NCBI RefSeq assembly: GCF_028641065.1
Contig: NW_026576170.1
Span: 124,001-169,644, forward strand
Origin: Leucoraja erinacea
Lineage: Eukaryota
DNA length: 45,644 bases
Direction: 5' to 3'
The notes under the pieces were generated by a model, which was given only the letters and a program-made list of their open reading frames with translations, did no database searches and was not told the DNA's origin. Below, piece after piece: positions 24,440 to 38,029 of the stretch; position 1 is the first letter of the stretch, and each line of letters begins with the position of its first letter. Position numbers and translations under genes: made by a program.

Positions 24440-24880
24440 ATTATCAACACATTCCGATGCTTTCGCCCTAATAACTGGAATAACGGCACATGCGTTCCCC
24501 CTGTCTGTTTTATTGATAAAAACATCGCTCAAAATATAACTCTTTGATCAAGGACATTCCTTCCTGATATTTATTCCTGGTCATTTGGCACGTTATGCGT
24601 TATATTTTCATATCGTTTTCATCATGAAGTGCCAACAGGTGAAATATATTAATGCCGCTGCTGTATCCAATTGTATTCACTACCAACTGGAAAGGTCCAT
24701 GTGATTTACATCATTTAGACCGCTGCACAGGAACCATTCTCGTTTGTTTTGAAGAGGAGCTCCAAGCGAAATCCAGGAAAATATTATTACTGGGTAAATG
24801 TCAAGTGAATTCAACAGTGTCTGGGAAGAGCAGTAGAAAGGTTGCAAATACAATATTACATCGCAGCATGTGTTGATAAG
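24440..24880 (+). repeat. Older, diverged copy of the GPCR upstream region
   Basis: Aligns by eye to ~13100-13535 and ~28935-29370 (e.g. tcatgaagtgccaacaggtgaaatatattaatgccgctgctgta; tttacatcatttagacc). Confidence 0.75.
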
Positions 24881-25755
24881 TGATCACAAGGTCATAAGTG
24901 ATGCGTGCAGAATTAGGCCACTAGGCCCATCAAGTCTACTCTGCCATTTAATCATGGGTGGTCCATCTCCGCCTCCCCCCAACCCCATTCTACTGCCTTC
25001 TCCCTATAACCCCAGACGCTCGTACTAATCCAGAATCTATCTATCTCTGCCATAAATATATAAATTAACGGCTTCCACAGCTTAGTGTGGCAAAGAACTC
25101 TGCAGATTCACCACCCATAAATTACAGAAATTCGTCCTCCTTATTGCCAAAGTAACGCCATTCTATTCTGAGGCTATGGCCTATGGTCGTAGATTCTCCC
25201 TCTAGTGGAATCATCCTCTCCACGTACATTCTATGCAAACCTTTCACGATTCGGTAAGTTTCAATGTGGTCCCTCCCTGATGCTTCCAGTCTCCAGCGAG
25301 TACAGGTTCAGTGTCTTCAAACGACCAACATATTTTAACCGCCTCATTCCTGAAATGGTTGTTCTAAACGTCATCTGGACCCTCTCCGCAGCTGGCTCAT
25401 CCTTCCTCAGATATGGTACCCACAATTGCTCACAATACTCCAAAGGCGACCTGACCAGCGCCTTTGTAAAGCCTCAGTATTACATACCTGTTGTTGTATT
25501 CCTTCCCGATTGAAGTAAATGCTAGCATTGCGATTGCCTTCTTTACTACCAATTCGATTTGCAAATTACCTGGTTTGGAAATCCTGCACTAGCACTCTCA
25601 AGTCCCTTTGCACCTTCGATTTCTTGATTCTCTCCCCATTTTTTGAAATATTCTACGCCTTCTACCAAAATGCTGACTCCACACTTTGTTACTCAATATT
25701 CCATCTGCCACTTCTCTGCCCACTCTCCCAACCTATCCAAGTCCTTATGTAAAGA
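24880..25755 (-). mobile_element. Old CR1 LINE fragment
   Basis: EYCEQLWVPYLRKD and DLDRLGEWAEKWQMEY frames. Confidence 0.8.
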
Positions 25756-26009
25756 CCCAGCTTTCGCTCCACCACCTGTGTATGGAGCATGTTGCCGGTG
25801 AAGGTAGTTGAGGCAGGTACTGTCGCAACGTTTAAGAAATATTGCGACAGGGACATGGATAAGATATGTTAACAGGAATATGGGCCAATCGTAGGCAGGT
25901 CGGGGTCTGCAGATGGGGTACATTTTTGATCGTGGGCAGGTTGGGCCGGGGGACTGTTTTTCCCGCTGTATGACACTAGAACTCTATGCCAAGATCGAAG
26001 AACAACAAG

Positions 26010-27691
26010 TTATGTTGTGCGTGGCCCCTTGGACAAGAGTGACCACAATATGGTTGAGCTCTTCATTAGGATGGAGAGTGACATTTTTGATTGAGAAACA
26101 AGGATTCTGAACTTAAAGAAAGGTAACTTTGAGGGTATGAGACTTGAATTGGCCAAGGTTGATTGGCAATTGATTCTCAAAGGGTTGACGGTGGATATGC
26201 AATGGAAGGCATTCATAGGCTGCATGGATGAACTACAACAATTGTTCATCCCAGTTTGGCAAAAGGATAAATCAGGGAAGGTAGTGCATCCGTGGATAAC
26301 AAGGGAAATCTGGGATAGTATCAAAACAAAAGATGAAGCGTACAAATTAGCAAGAAAAGGCAGCCTACCAGAGGACTGGGAGAAATTCGGAGTCCAGCAG
26401 AGGAGGACAAAGGGCTTAATTAGTAAAGGGAACATAGATTACTGGCAGGGAACATAATAAACGGATTGCAAATGTTTATATAGATATGTGAAGAGAAAAA
26501 GATTAGTTAAAACAAATGTAGGTCCCTTGCAGTCAGAAACAGGTGAATTGATCATAGGGAACAAGGACATGGCTGACCAATTGAATAACTACTTTGGTTC
26601 TGTCTTCACTAAGGAAGACATAAATAATCTGCTGGAAATACTAGGGGACCGCGGGTTAATTGAGATGGGGGAACTGAGTGAAATCCAGGTTAGCCGGGAA
26701 GTGGTGTGAGGTAAATTGAATTGAATAAAGGCCGATAAACCCCGAGGGTCAGATAGGCTGCATCCCAGAGTACTTAAGGAAGTAGCCCCATAAATAGTGG
26801 ATGCATTAGTGATAATTTTTCAAAACTCCTTAGATTCTGGAGTAGTTCCTGAGGACTGGAGGGTAGCTAATTTAACCCCACTTTAAAAAAAAAAAACAGT
26901 AGGGAGAGAGAAAACGGGGAATTACAGACCAGTTAATCTAGCATCGGTAGTTGGGAAACTGCTAGAGTCTGTTATTAAAGATGGGATAGCAGCACATTTG
27001 GAAAGTGGTGAAATCATTGGAGAAAGTCAGCATGGATTTACGAAAGGTTAATCATGTCTGACGAATCTTATGGAATTTAACGAGGCTGTAACTAATGGAG
27101 TGGATAAGGGAGAACCAGTGGATGTGTTATATCTGGACTTTCAGAAGGTTTTCGACAAGGTCCCACATAAGAGATTAGTATACAAACTTAAAGCACACGG
27201 TATTGGGGATTCAGTATTGATGTGAATAGAAAACTGGCTTGCAAACAGGAAGCAAATAGTAGGAGTAAACTGTTCATTTTCAGAATGGCAGGCAGTGATT
27301 AGTGGGGTACAGCAAGGCTCAGTGCTGGGACCCCAGCTATTCACAATATATATTAATGATTTGGACGAGGGAATTGAATGCAACATCTCCAAGTTTGCAA
27401 TGACACCAAGCTGGGGGGCAATGTTAGCTGTGAGGAGGATGCTAGGAGGCTGCAGGGTGACTTGGATGGGCTGGGTCAGTGGGCAAATGCTTGTCAGATG
27501 CAATATAATGTGTATACATGTGAGGTTATTCACTTTGGTGGCAAAACCAAGGAAGTAGACTATTATCTGAATGGTGGCCGATTAGCAAAAGTGGAGATGC
27601 AACGTGACCTGGGTGTCATGGTACACCAGTCATTGAAAGTAGACAGAAGGTACACAAAAATGCTGGAGAACCCTTCTTCAGACTGATGGGT

Positions 27692-27727
<36 letters not shown>

Positions 27728-28427
27728 GAATGAAAAAGGGAGGAGGAGGAGCCCGAGGGTGGGGGGATGGGAGGGGTAGACATGCAGGTGCAGCAGGCAG
27801 TGAAGAAAGCGAATGGTATGATAGCATTCATAGAAAAAGGATTTGAGTATAGGAGCAGAGGGGTTCTACTTCAGTTGTACAGGGTCTTGGTGAGACAACA
27901 CATGGAGTATTGCGTACGGTTTGTTCTCCAAATCTGAGGAAAGACATTCTTACCATGGTGGGAGTACAGATAAGGTTCACCAGACTGAATCCTGGGATGC
28001 CAGGACTTTCATATGAAGAAAGACTTGATAGGCTCGGCCTGTACTCGCTAGACTTTAAAATATTGAGGGGGGATCTTTTAGAAACTTGCACATTTCTTAA
28101 GGGGTTGGGCAGGCTAGATGCAGGAAGGTTGTTCCGGTTGTTGAGGAAGTCCAGGACAAGGGGTCCCAGTTTAAGGATCAAGGGGAATTATTTTAGGACC
28201 CAGATGAGAACTCCCTGCCACAGAAGGTAGTTGAGGCCAGTTCATTGGCTATATTTAAGAGGGGGTTAGATGTGGCCCTTGTGGCTAAAGGGATCAGGGG
28301 GTACGGAGAGAAGGCAGGTACAGTATACTGAGTTAGATGATCAGCCATGATCATATTGAGTGGCGGTGCAGGCTCGAAGGGCCGAATGGCCTACTCCTGC
28401 ACCTATTTTCTATGTTTCTATGTTTCT
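26010..28427 (+). pseudogene. CR1 LINE ORF2 (RT) with stops/frameshifts and 3' tail
   Basis: [39 protein letters not shown] and RLGLYSL motifs, ending (tttctatg)n. Confidence 0.92.
27646..27775. mobile_element. Penelope-like fragment with poly-G inserted in CR1
   Basis: Flanked by a 7-bp TSD GTAGACA (27639-27645, 27776-27782). Confidence 0.7.
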
Positions 28428-29609
28428 GTGTTAATTGGCTTGATATAAAATGTTAAATTATCCAAGTTGGCGATATGCAGAGTACTGCCCTGCCTACTTC
28501 AAAATTCAGAAGGTTCAGTAGGTAATAACTGAACTGATCACCTTGTCATATTTTAACCCTCCATAACTCATCATGGTTTTGTTCGCTGCAGAGGGAAAAC
28601 AATTCTGCATTATTCAGACCCTCACACAATTCACACTGTCCAATACTAGTATCATTCGTGTGAGGAGAGTTGCATACTCCCTAGTTTAAATTGATCCTTA
28701 ATTCATTATTTCGAAAAATAATATCCCTGTTCCTGTGCTGTACTGCATTGTGACGTTTTTTTTCTGTGAATTCCTTAGGTCGAGTGCAGCAAACATGACA
28801 CTTCTTTCTTAGGTCAAATCTTTCTTCAGAATGATCTATCCCCAAATATTTACAGCCGATCAGACCCATTCAATTCGTTCTATCATCTTGCACATCAACA
28901 TTCGTGATATGATATCTCAAACGGATTAATGCATTGAGAAGATTTCGCCCTAATATCTGGAATAACACCAAAAGCTGTTCACCTCTGAGTTTTATGAATT
29001 AACAGGTGTCTTTAAACATAACCTGTTGATCAAGAATATTTCTAGCCGCTGTTTATTTCCAGTCAGTTGTCACGTTACACATTATATTCGCCTATTATTT
29101 ACTTCATGAAGTGGCAACAGTTGAAATACATTAATGCTGCTGTTGTAGCTGAATTGTATACGATGTCGTCTAGAAGGTTCCCTGTGGTTTACACAGTTTA
29201 GACCCTGCCAAAAAATGATTATCTTTCCTTTTGAAAGGCAGCTCCACGGATAATGCAAGATGAAATTATTAATGTGTGCATGTTAAATGAAGGGAACGGT
29301 GTCTGGAAAATGCATTGCAAATGCGACAAGTAATATACTGTATTACATCGTAGCATGTGTGGATAAATGATACATGACACGAATTTTGCTGCATCTGTGT
29401 GCCACGCGTTAAAATTTAAAAATAGAATGTTCACTCGTATTTTACAGTTCCTTAATTCTGTTGGTGCTCAGCTGGTGCCTGAGTAGTGAGCGGTCGCATA
29501 ATGAATTTGATCGCTTTGCATCACATGGGAGCAAACTATTTGTTCAACGGTCCACAATAAATGTCCGCGGGGAGGTGAACGCACGCAGTCCTTAAGTTTT
29601 TTCTAAGAA

Positions 29610-29617
29610 TATAAATA
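29610..29617 (+). promoter_or_regulatory. TATA box, GPCR copy 2
   Basis: TATAAATA about 80 bp upstream of the ATG. Confidence 0.6.
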
Positions 29618-29690
29618 TAGCGCTGTTTGACTTCTCACTTTGACTCCTATAAGTTTTGCACTGCATAACTGCGGACGGCTTGAAGGAAAA

Positions 29691-32062
29691 ATGAGTTGGA
29701 AGTGGCACTTGGAAGTGGAATATTATTATTATCCAATTCTGGCAGCAATCGGAGTACCCGGTAGGTCACGGGAACGCAGTAAGTGCGACTGAGATGTGGG
29801 ATGATGTGTTGATAAAAACAATGTTAAAGGTAAAGTGTAAATAGTGTGCGAAACACGGGAATGCTAGACTGCATTCTTCAGGTTAGGGCGGTATTAACTA
29901 GAAAATGTTTGATTAAGAAATTACTGCAGTTGCTGGAGAAATCGAATCTAGACACAAATGCTGGAGAATTAGACAGCGGGTGAAAGCGGCATCTATGAAG
30001 CGAAGGAATAGGTGACGTTTCGGGTCGAGACTGATCAGTCTGAAGAAGGGTCTCGACCCGAAACGTCACCTATTCATTTGTTAAGCTACTTGAACGTTGG
30101 TCGTTCATTGGATCTGGCACAGGTTAATTCTCTTCAGGTTTAGGTGCATTGTTGTCATGTATCTCTGGGAGCTGCAAAAAGCTTCGGTTTGCAAGAAATC
30201 CAAATTAGATCAAATAATATTAAATATCAGTACAAACAATTCATTCTCAGTAACAGGTAGAATAAGAGGGGAACTCGGAGTGCAGAGCGTAGTTCAAGTT
30301 TTGGAGCGCACTGCAGCGTATCACATCCACAAAGCCCAATGTCCGCAAGTGGATAGAGGTGAAACGGCAATGCCCTGGCATATCGAAGAACGGCTCAAAA
30401 GCCTGACAACAGAGGGGAAAGAGCTGTTCTGGAGTCTGGTGGAGCGAGCTTTAAGCCTTCTCCATTTTTTGCCCGACGAGAGCAGGAAGTAGAAGGAATG
30501 AGCGGGGTGAGACATGTCTCCGTTTCCAAGGGATTGTGAAGTGCGAACGCAGTCAACAGTGCGGAGTCTATTTCGTGATATGGACCCGGCGTCTTCCAGA
30601 ACCCTGTGCAATTTATTCTTTATAGGGCATAGATGGCCCCACAACAAGCTTTGTGCGGCACCGTTGTTGAGAATTATTGTGGAAGGGTGTTACCACTAAT
30701 TCTCTCGGTTTATTCTTTAGGAAGTTGAGTATCCATTCGCAAGCTGGTGTGTTGATCGCTGGGCTCTGGAGTTTATCAATGGGTTTGGATGGCAGAAGTG
30801 TTGAAGGCAAGTTCTCCAGCGGAGAAATGGGAATCCTACTTTCGACTCGTTTGTTGCCCGGCTGTTCCCGGGAAGGGTTTAGGTCCAGGACGATGTCGTC
30901 TGATGCGGACATGTTGCTGCAATATAGAGTCTGCGGTGCAACAAGTGTGGCTGGGAGACAGCTCACGCTACCTGCGTAGACCGCTGCTAACTAATCCGCA
31001 CAGCTCCTTGGCAAGCACCCAGGTTTGCATGTGGGCCAGTTGTTTTCGAACAAATAAGCAAAGCGTGCCTTAAATTGATCCCCGCCTCCAAATTAGCATC
31101 GCGTTTCCCTTACATGTAACTACAGTTTCCTCTTTTCTACACCCGCAGTGAACTTGCTGGCGATTGTGATCCTGTCGCGCAGAAATTGTGGTCTCTCCAA
31201 ATGCACCACTCTGTACCTGGTGGCCATGGCGACTGTGGACCTCTCGGTGATCGTCTGCGAAGTGATATTACATCGGATTGCCGACCTTTACTGGATGTAC
31301 TCTTTCCTCTTACACAATACTGTGTGCAGGTCCATTATGTTCCTCGCTCCCGCGGCCGTTGCCTGTTCTGTTTGGCTCACGGTTGCTTTCACATTTGATC
31401 GCTTTGTGGCCATTTCCACTCAGAATCTGAGAACCAGATACTGCACCGAGAGAACCGCGCTGGTGGTTATAGTGACCCTAACTGCGTTCTTCTGTTTACA
31501 GAACGTCCCCTGGCCTTTTGCGTACAATTATTATTTCAGGGATCGGCAGGGTACACTGTGGGGTTGTCGAATACGACGTCATTTTTATAGCCTATCCTCG
31601 TGGATAGCATTTTCCTGGACTCAACAGCTGCTAGTCCCAGTCATTCCATTTTGTTTGATTATGCTGATGAACGTGCTCACAGTCAGACGCATTTTAGTGG
31701 CCAGTCGTGTCCGCAGGAAACTCCGCGATCTCATTAGTGAGGACCCCGAAATCGCAAACCGCAGACGGTCCGTAATGTTACTCCTTGCAATCTCCAGCAG
31801 TTTTATGCTGCTCTGGGGCACAACTGTGTTATATTTCGTTTTATATCGAATTACGAATGCATTTATGTCCAGGGGGTTGAAAAACCCATTTGCAACATTT
31901 GAACAAACTGGAATTCTGCTACAACTGTTGAACACCTGCACAAACACGCTCATTTACACCGTGACCCAGAGGAAGTTCAGAGAGCATCTGCTCCAGGTAC
32001 TCATGTACCCCTTCACCCTAACTGTAAGCTTAATAAAATCGAGAACACCAGGTGTAAATTGA
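29691..32062 (+). CDS. Class A GPCR, GPR139/GPR142-like, copy 2; exons 29691-29760 and 31149-32062; 327 aa
   Basis: Same exon structure (MSWKWHLEVEYYYYPILAAIGVP|VNLL...). Intact, about 37 aa differences from copy 1 by manual count. Confidence 0.92.
29915..30077 (+). mobile_element. Penelope-like palindromic element with minimal hammerhead core in GPCR2 intron
   Basis: Identical core at 30040-30067. Confidence 0.65.
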
Positions 32063-32495
32063 CATTACAATACTAATCCCTCCGTGAGTGAGTGAAAAAA
32101 TTAGGTAATGAAGGTGTGTTCTCTGAAAAGTGTCCGCCTCAATTTTCAAAAAATATAGTTTAGAAATACAATGTGAACGCGTCCCCTGCACTGGTATGCA
32201 CATCTCGCCATCTATTTAACATGCGACACGGGCGAATTGTTCAAAGAGCCCAGTGGGGAGGGCGGCCATGTGGAACCGTGTGCTATGTTGTACTGGAGCA
32301 GACCTCCAATGATTCCGGAATTGAGCCTCGCCGTTAACTGTTTCCACCTTCCTTTGAATCCAGCGGCAACGTCTCCAGCACGCAATGAAAACAGACATAG
32401 AGTTATGGTCCTAAACATTGCATGCTCCATTACTCTACAATTCTTTGAGACGTTCCGTGGTTACGTATGTAAATGCCCAGTGCACCAATGTGTTT

Positions 32496-32501
32496 AATAA
32501 A
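32496..32501 (+). terminator. Candidate polyadenylation signal, GPCR copy 2
   Basis: AATAAA about 430 bp after the stop codon. Copy 1 has AATACA at the homologous site (17001). Confidence 0.3.
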
Positions 32502-32710
32502 ATTCTTGCTGCAACAGTTACGTTAATGAGAGTTCCATTTTATATTTGTTTCTCGCACTGAATGTGATGCCTCGTTGCATCTTACAGAGCCTTTCGCTTT
32601 TCAATACAATTAGTAACTCTGCACCAGATGCAACCAAAGGTAGTGGGTGTTATTGATACAAGTTGGCATTACACATTATATTTTTAATGCAAGCAGTGTG
32701 TAACAGCGAG

Positions 32711-32781
32711 TGTCCAGTAGAGGGCGGTAAAGTGAGTAAGTTCGCCTGTGTGGTAAAGATATGCTGAAAATCGATTTGCAT
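32711..32781 (+). promoter_or_regulatory. CTCF-like motif + octamer, cassette copy 2
   Basis: Identical TGTCCAGTAGAGGGCGGTA and ATTTGCAT. Confidence 0.45.
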
Positions 32782-33056
32782 TAATGTCCCACCTCCTTTG
32801 ATGCAGCGCCGACGCTGGAGCTCTGCCTATTTGAGATTCGAGGGAGTGGGCAGAGAGTCGGATTTATCTCCTCTTGCAGGGCAAGATAATGTGAGAAATC
32901 CATTAATTTATTTTCACCACCGATGGCGGCTGAGATTTGTATAGCTCCAAATTTGAGTTGAGTACTCTCTCCCCAAATCCTCCGCTCCCGACGCGATAAC
33001 GATTACATTTTTACATATTCTGATTGACGTTTATCCCCTCGAGGCCGTGAATACAC

Positions 33057-33452
33057 ACCTTCACTGGATATTTTATGCTTTATTTCTTGACAAATTTCTG
33101 ATTCAAAGTAAGTAAGAAGTTTAAAAACATCAAAATACTTTGAATTTAAATCGACCAGCTGCAACTGATGACGTCGCAATGGCTCGGCTAGCAGTGATCA
33201 GCTTCCCTGAATATTTCATCCTATATTTAACGTTATTCGCGATTAAAGCATTAAAAAGGCCAACTTTCATAAGATTTTACATATCCTGATCCACACTTAT
33301 CTCCTACATATAGAGAGCACCTTCGCTGACCATTTTATGCTTTATTTCTCGACATTACTGATTAAAGTTTTAATAAAAATCAAAAGATTGAATATAAAAC
33401 TACTAGCTTCAACTGATGACGTCACGATGGCTCGGCTAGCAGTGATCAGCTT
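33057..33452 (+). repeat. Local direct repeat (~140 bp x2) containing a CRE (TGACGTCA)
   Basis: 33057-33206 resembles 33319-33452. Copy 1 has a single unit (18067-18201). Confidence 0.75.
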
Positions 33453-33869
33453 CACTTACGTTCAGGAACGGCTTGAGTTGGAGGACCACGCCTCCTGTGG
33501 TGGCTACGGGTAGGGAACGGGTGCGTTGGGGGAGCGACCCTTTCGACCCTCTCAAAACTTTACATACCTCAACCAGAGCTTCCTGCATTCTCCGACATTC
33601 CCGAGGGAAAGAATCCAGATATGACCAATCTCTCTTCCTGCACCGCTAATCCAGCCACCATTCCGGTAAATGAGCAACTGCGACTCTAAAAACGCTGTAC
33701 TTAGTAAATGTGTCCGTCTTGCCGAATTGGCAAATGCTGCTGGTGGTCACTTTGCTGCTGGTCACCAATTTGTACAGCGTGCAAGTTTAGTTAGTTTACG
33801 TTAGTTAGTTTACGGCAGGTGTCCATAGAGTAGCATGTCAGAACTTTAATTTTCCCAACGGTCGGTTCT

Positions 33870-34320
33870 AACCGGTATGGCTGGACTGACATATGTTGAA
33901 ATAATGGAGCGACTGGGCTTGTATATACTGGAAATTAGAAGGATGAGAGGGCATTTTATTGAAACATATAATGTCATTGAGGGTTTGGACACGCTCGAGG
34001 CAGGAAACATGTTCCCGATGTTGGGGGAGTCCAGAACCAGGGCCACTGTTTAAGAATAAGGGGTAAGCCATTTAGATGGAGATGCGACCACAAATCTTCA
34101 CACAGAGAGTAATGAGTCTGTGGTATTCTCTGCCTCAGACGGTGGTGGAGACCGGTTCTCTGGATAATGTCAAGAGCGAGCTAGATAGGGCTCTTAAAGA
34201 TAGCGGAGTCAGGGGATATAAGGAGAAGGCAGGAACGGGGTAGTGATTGGGGATGATCACATTGAATGACTGTGTTGGCTAGGAGGGCCGAATGGCCTAC
34301 TCCTGCACCTATTGTCTATT
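33870..34320 (+). mobile_element. CR1 3' fragment
   Basis: Same family as 5800-6525. Inverted counterpart at 44620-44870 and 45603-45644. Confidence 0.85.
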
Positions 34321-36609
34321 GAAAATAAGCTAATCAGCTAATTTCCATCTGTGTCCTATCACAGGACCTTCTCTCTCCGCTTCCAGCCCCATAAACTAAT
34401 TTATTGCACAAACACATGTGTTACTTTTTAAGCTAGGGGGCTCGACTGTGGCAAGTAAATTAACAGGCACGATCCTCGGCAACGTGCAGGATCGTTTCGT
34501 TGAACATCTCCGCTCAATTCGCCTAAAACAGCATGATCTCCCGCTTGCTAAATAACCTACAACCTATTCTTAAACTGCGGTCCCTAGGTCTTGACTCTCT
34601 CAACATCGGGGACATGGTTCCTGCCTCCGACGTGTCCAATCCCTTGATAATATTTTATGTTTCAAATAGATTCCCTCTCGTCCTACTAAATTCCATTGTA
34701 TACAAGCCCCGCCGCTCCATTGTATCCAGATATGATAGTCCCGCCATCCCGGGAATTAACCTGGTGAACCCACGGTGCACTCCCAACCCACGGTACACTC
34801 CTTCAATAGCAAGAATGTCGTTCCTCAAATCTGGAGATCAAAACTGCACACACTACTCCTGGTGTTGTCTCACTAGGGCCCTGTACAACTGCAGAAGGAC
34901 CTCTTTGCTCCTATACTCAACTGCGCTTGTTATGAAGGCCAACGTGCAATTAGCTTTCTTCACTGCCTGCTGTACCTGCATGCTTACTTTCCGTGAGTGA
35001 TGTACAATGACCCCAGGTGATACCCATCACCTTCTCAAGTGCAAAAGTTTCCCTCCCGTTCCTGTTAAATATTTCCCCTCTCACCATTAACCTAATTCCT
35101 CTGGTTCCCGATTCTCCAACTCTGGGCAAAGGACACGATACGAGATACATTTATTTGTCACATGTACCAGCTGCTACAGTGAAATGTGTGGTCAACATAC
35201 AGCCATACAATAAAATAAAGAACACAACACACGATAGAGTCCAACATAAAATATCCCTACACAGCAGAATCAAAGTTTCCCACTGTGATTCTCGCGTGAT
35301 TCACGTTGTCCGATCCGCTAATGATCTCGTACACTGCGCCTCCTGCGCCCAATGAAAATAGGCTCAAGAAATCAGAGATCCGCTGTGGACACAGGCCCTT
35401 CGTCCCATACAATCAGCGCTTACCAACGATCACCCCAGACAGCAGCATTCTACTACAAGCTGGAGAATAGGTACAATTTACAGACATTAAAAATAAACTA
35501 TATTTCTGTACGTATTTCGAGTCTGGGAGGAAACCGGAGCACCCGGAGAAAACCCAGGCGGTCATCGGAATCAGAGTCAGAATCAGCATGCCGTTTATTG
35601 TCATTGAAACACAGGCTCAAACGAAATTACGGTCCTGCAGTCATACCAACAATAAAAAAACAATACACTAAATTAACACAATTCCACACAAAGATCCATC
35701 ACAGTGATTCTCCAAACACCCCCTCACTGTGATGGAAGGAAAAAGTATTTTATCTTCGCTGTTCTCGGTTCTTTATTCTTCTCCCACAGTCAAGCAGTCA
35801 AACTGCTGCATCGATCTGATCGAGGCTTTTTATGTTAGAGCCCTCAGCGGTTGACGGTAAGTCCAACGTCCGTTGAAACCGCGCCGGGCGATATAAGGAC
35901 CTGCTACGGGTCGATTTAATCCTCTCGATTCGGTCGGGAGAAGTTACCGTTGCGGGAGCTCCAAAAAGAGGTCTCCTACCAGGGACCTGCGAGCTCCCGC
36001 TGTTACCGTCCACAGAGCCTGCAGACGGAGACTCCGAAGCTCCGAAGTCCTAGTCCGCAGGCTCCGCGACTGGAGACCCAGGTCGATTCCGGTTGGAGGC
36101 CGTCGGCTGCACAATGTTGGGCCCCAACGACAACGGAGACTTGACAGGGAAAAGGTCGAATATTCGTACAGGGAAGAGATTTAAAAGCCCCCCCCCCCCC
36201 CCCCCCCACCTCCACCCCCCCCCCCCCCCCCCCCCCCACACACCCACATATACACAGCTAAAAAGTATATAAAACGGAACCAAAACAAACACCAAACGAG
36301 ACAAGAAGAAGGAAAAGACAGACGTACAGCAGAGGCCGCTGCCGCGAGGCGCCGCCATCTTGTCCAATCGTCAGAACTTGCAACATCGATACTGACAACA
36401 CGGTACTCAGGTTCTAACCCGGGTCTCCGACAGTGTAATGCCTCTGTCCCACTTAGGACACTTGAACGGAAAACTCTGGTGACCTTGCCCGCAACCCAAG
36501 GTTTCCATGAGGTCGCCAGATGTTTTGGTTACTCGCCTGGAAAGCCTCGAGCTCGATCGACCGAAGCGTGAGCTGCGTCTACCGACCAAAGATCATACAC
36601 GACGACCCA

Positions 36610-36610
<1 letters not shown>

Positions 36611-36667
<57 letters not shown>
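36611..36667. repeat. (CA)n microsatellite at the inversion junction
   Basis: About 28 CA units, directly followed by sequence inverted from 24308. Confidence 0.95.
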
Positions 36668-36669
<2 letters not shown>

Positions 36670-38029
36670 TTCACACAGCTACCCAGCTTTGTGTCATCTG
36701 CACATTTGCTAATGTTATTTGTGACCCCTTAGGTGGGAGGTAAAATTGTGTAATTTGTGTAAACATTATTGAATGTATGTTTAGCTTCCGAGAATGTCGG
36801 ATGGGGGTTTTGTAAGGATCATGTATTGTACATATTTATTTCTCGAATAAACTATATATTTCGAAATCCAAAGAATTGACGCACTATGACTGTTCCCACA
36901 ATTCACAATAATCCCAGTTGTTTTTCCCATAGTCGAGGTCAGTGAAGGCGGAACTGTTTCCATGTAAAGACCCAGTCAAATGTTGCGATTTCACACCTTA
37001 TGGCTGCTCCTCCCCAATTGCCCTGATATCCACGCCACTCCGCGAGCAGGTGAGCGAGAGTGCATTTCAATTATCGTCCAATCTCCAGTGGTTTGTTTCC
37101 ATGATGGACAACATGTTGTATGGTTAGCATATTCGAAAATATTATTTATGGGCCATTGTTGGCATATATTTTCTTCGATTTTGGAGATATATTTTCAATG
37201 TGAATATCAATATTAATTTGAATCTGAGACCCCTGGCCGCATGAACCAGTCGGGGTTATGGCAATGTTAGCCGTTGGTAGCAATAATGTTTATGTATTTT
37301 GCATAAGTATATTATTTTAAATGTTTGTGAGCTGCTGACTGTTCACGTGGTTGAGGCGACGCTGAAACTACACAGAGTGAACGATGCGCGGTCTAATAAT
37401 GTTGCCGCTGGAGACAGAAAGATGCCGCCATACTGCCTGACCACGAACCGAATTCAGGCAGCAACGGTCGGTGCGCAGAATGCAGATCACTAGGCCACTC
37501 GATACACTGCTGCAACTCATGGAAATTACAAACCTATTTTTCCGGCTAGCTGTGGTTATATTTCAACAATCACCCAGCTGCACGCTTTTAAAAACAAATC
37601 ACACGTTTTGTCGGCACAGTGGCGCAGCTGCTGCTGCCTCAAAGCTTCAGACACCCGGGATCAATCCTGTACTCGGGTAATGTCTGAGTGTAGTTTTCCC
37701 GTCTCGCTGTGACCGTGTAGGTATCGTCCAGGTGCTCTGATTTCCTCCCGTATGCCCAATACGTGTGTTTGTTTTAGGTTAATTGGCCTCTGTAAACATG
37801 CACCAAGTGTGTAAGGAATAGATGGAAAGGTGGAATAACACGGAACGAAAGTGATCGGGTCATCGATGGTCGGCGTGGGCTCGGCGGGGTGAGGTCCTCA
37901 GGAATTAATTTCATATGCCAAAACATGGCAGATGTAGGGGAGTGGAACTGAACACATTCATTGAAAATGGCTCCTTGCACATCCTTCTGGCTTTGCTTGT
38001 AATTTACTTCACTTATTTACTTATTTTCC

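Larger units (their letters stand above)
28530..36460 (+). repeat. Segmental duplication, GPCR cassette copy 2 (direct)
   Basis: Matches 12715-20310 with several indels. Confidence 0.9.

Noticed and set aside
27690-27726. Long poly-G (and poly-C at ~36188-36238) as functional G-quadruplex
   Set aside because: Inside TE copies, and homopolymer lengths are unreliable in assemblies.
33410-33430. Perfect CRE (TGACGTCA) as a TCR V promoter decamer
   Set aside because: No leader or V exon follows, it sits in a locally repeated TE-like unit, and it is degenerate in copy 1.
35695-35735. CACAGTG/CACTGTG pairs (also ~19173, 37616, 42364) as RSSs flanking the GPCR cassette
   Set aside because: They lie inside retroelement tails or SINE heads and lack properly spaced nonamers.
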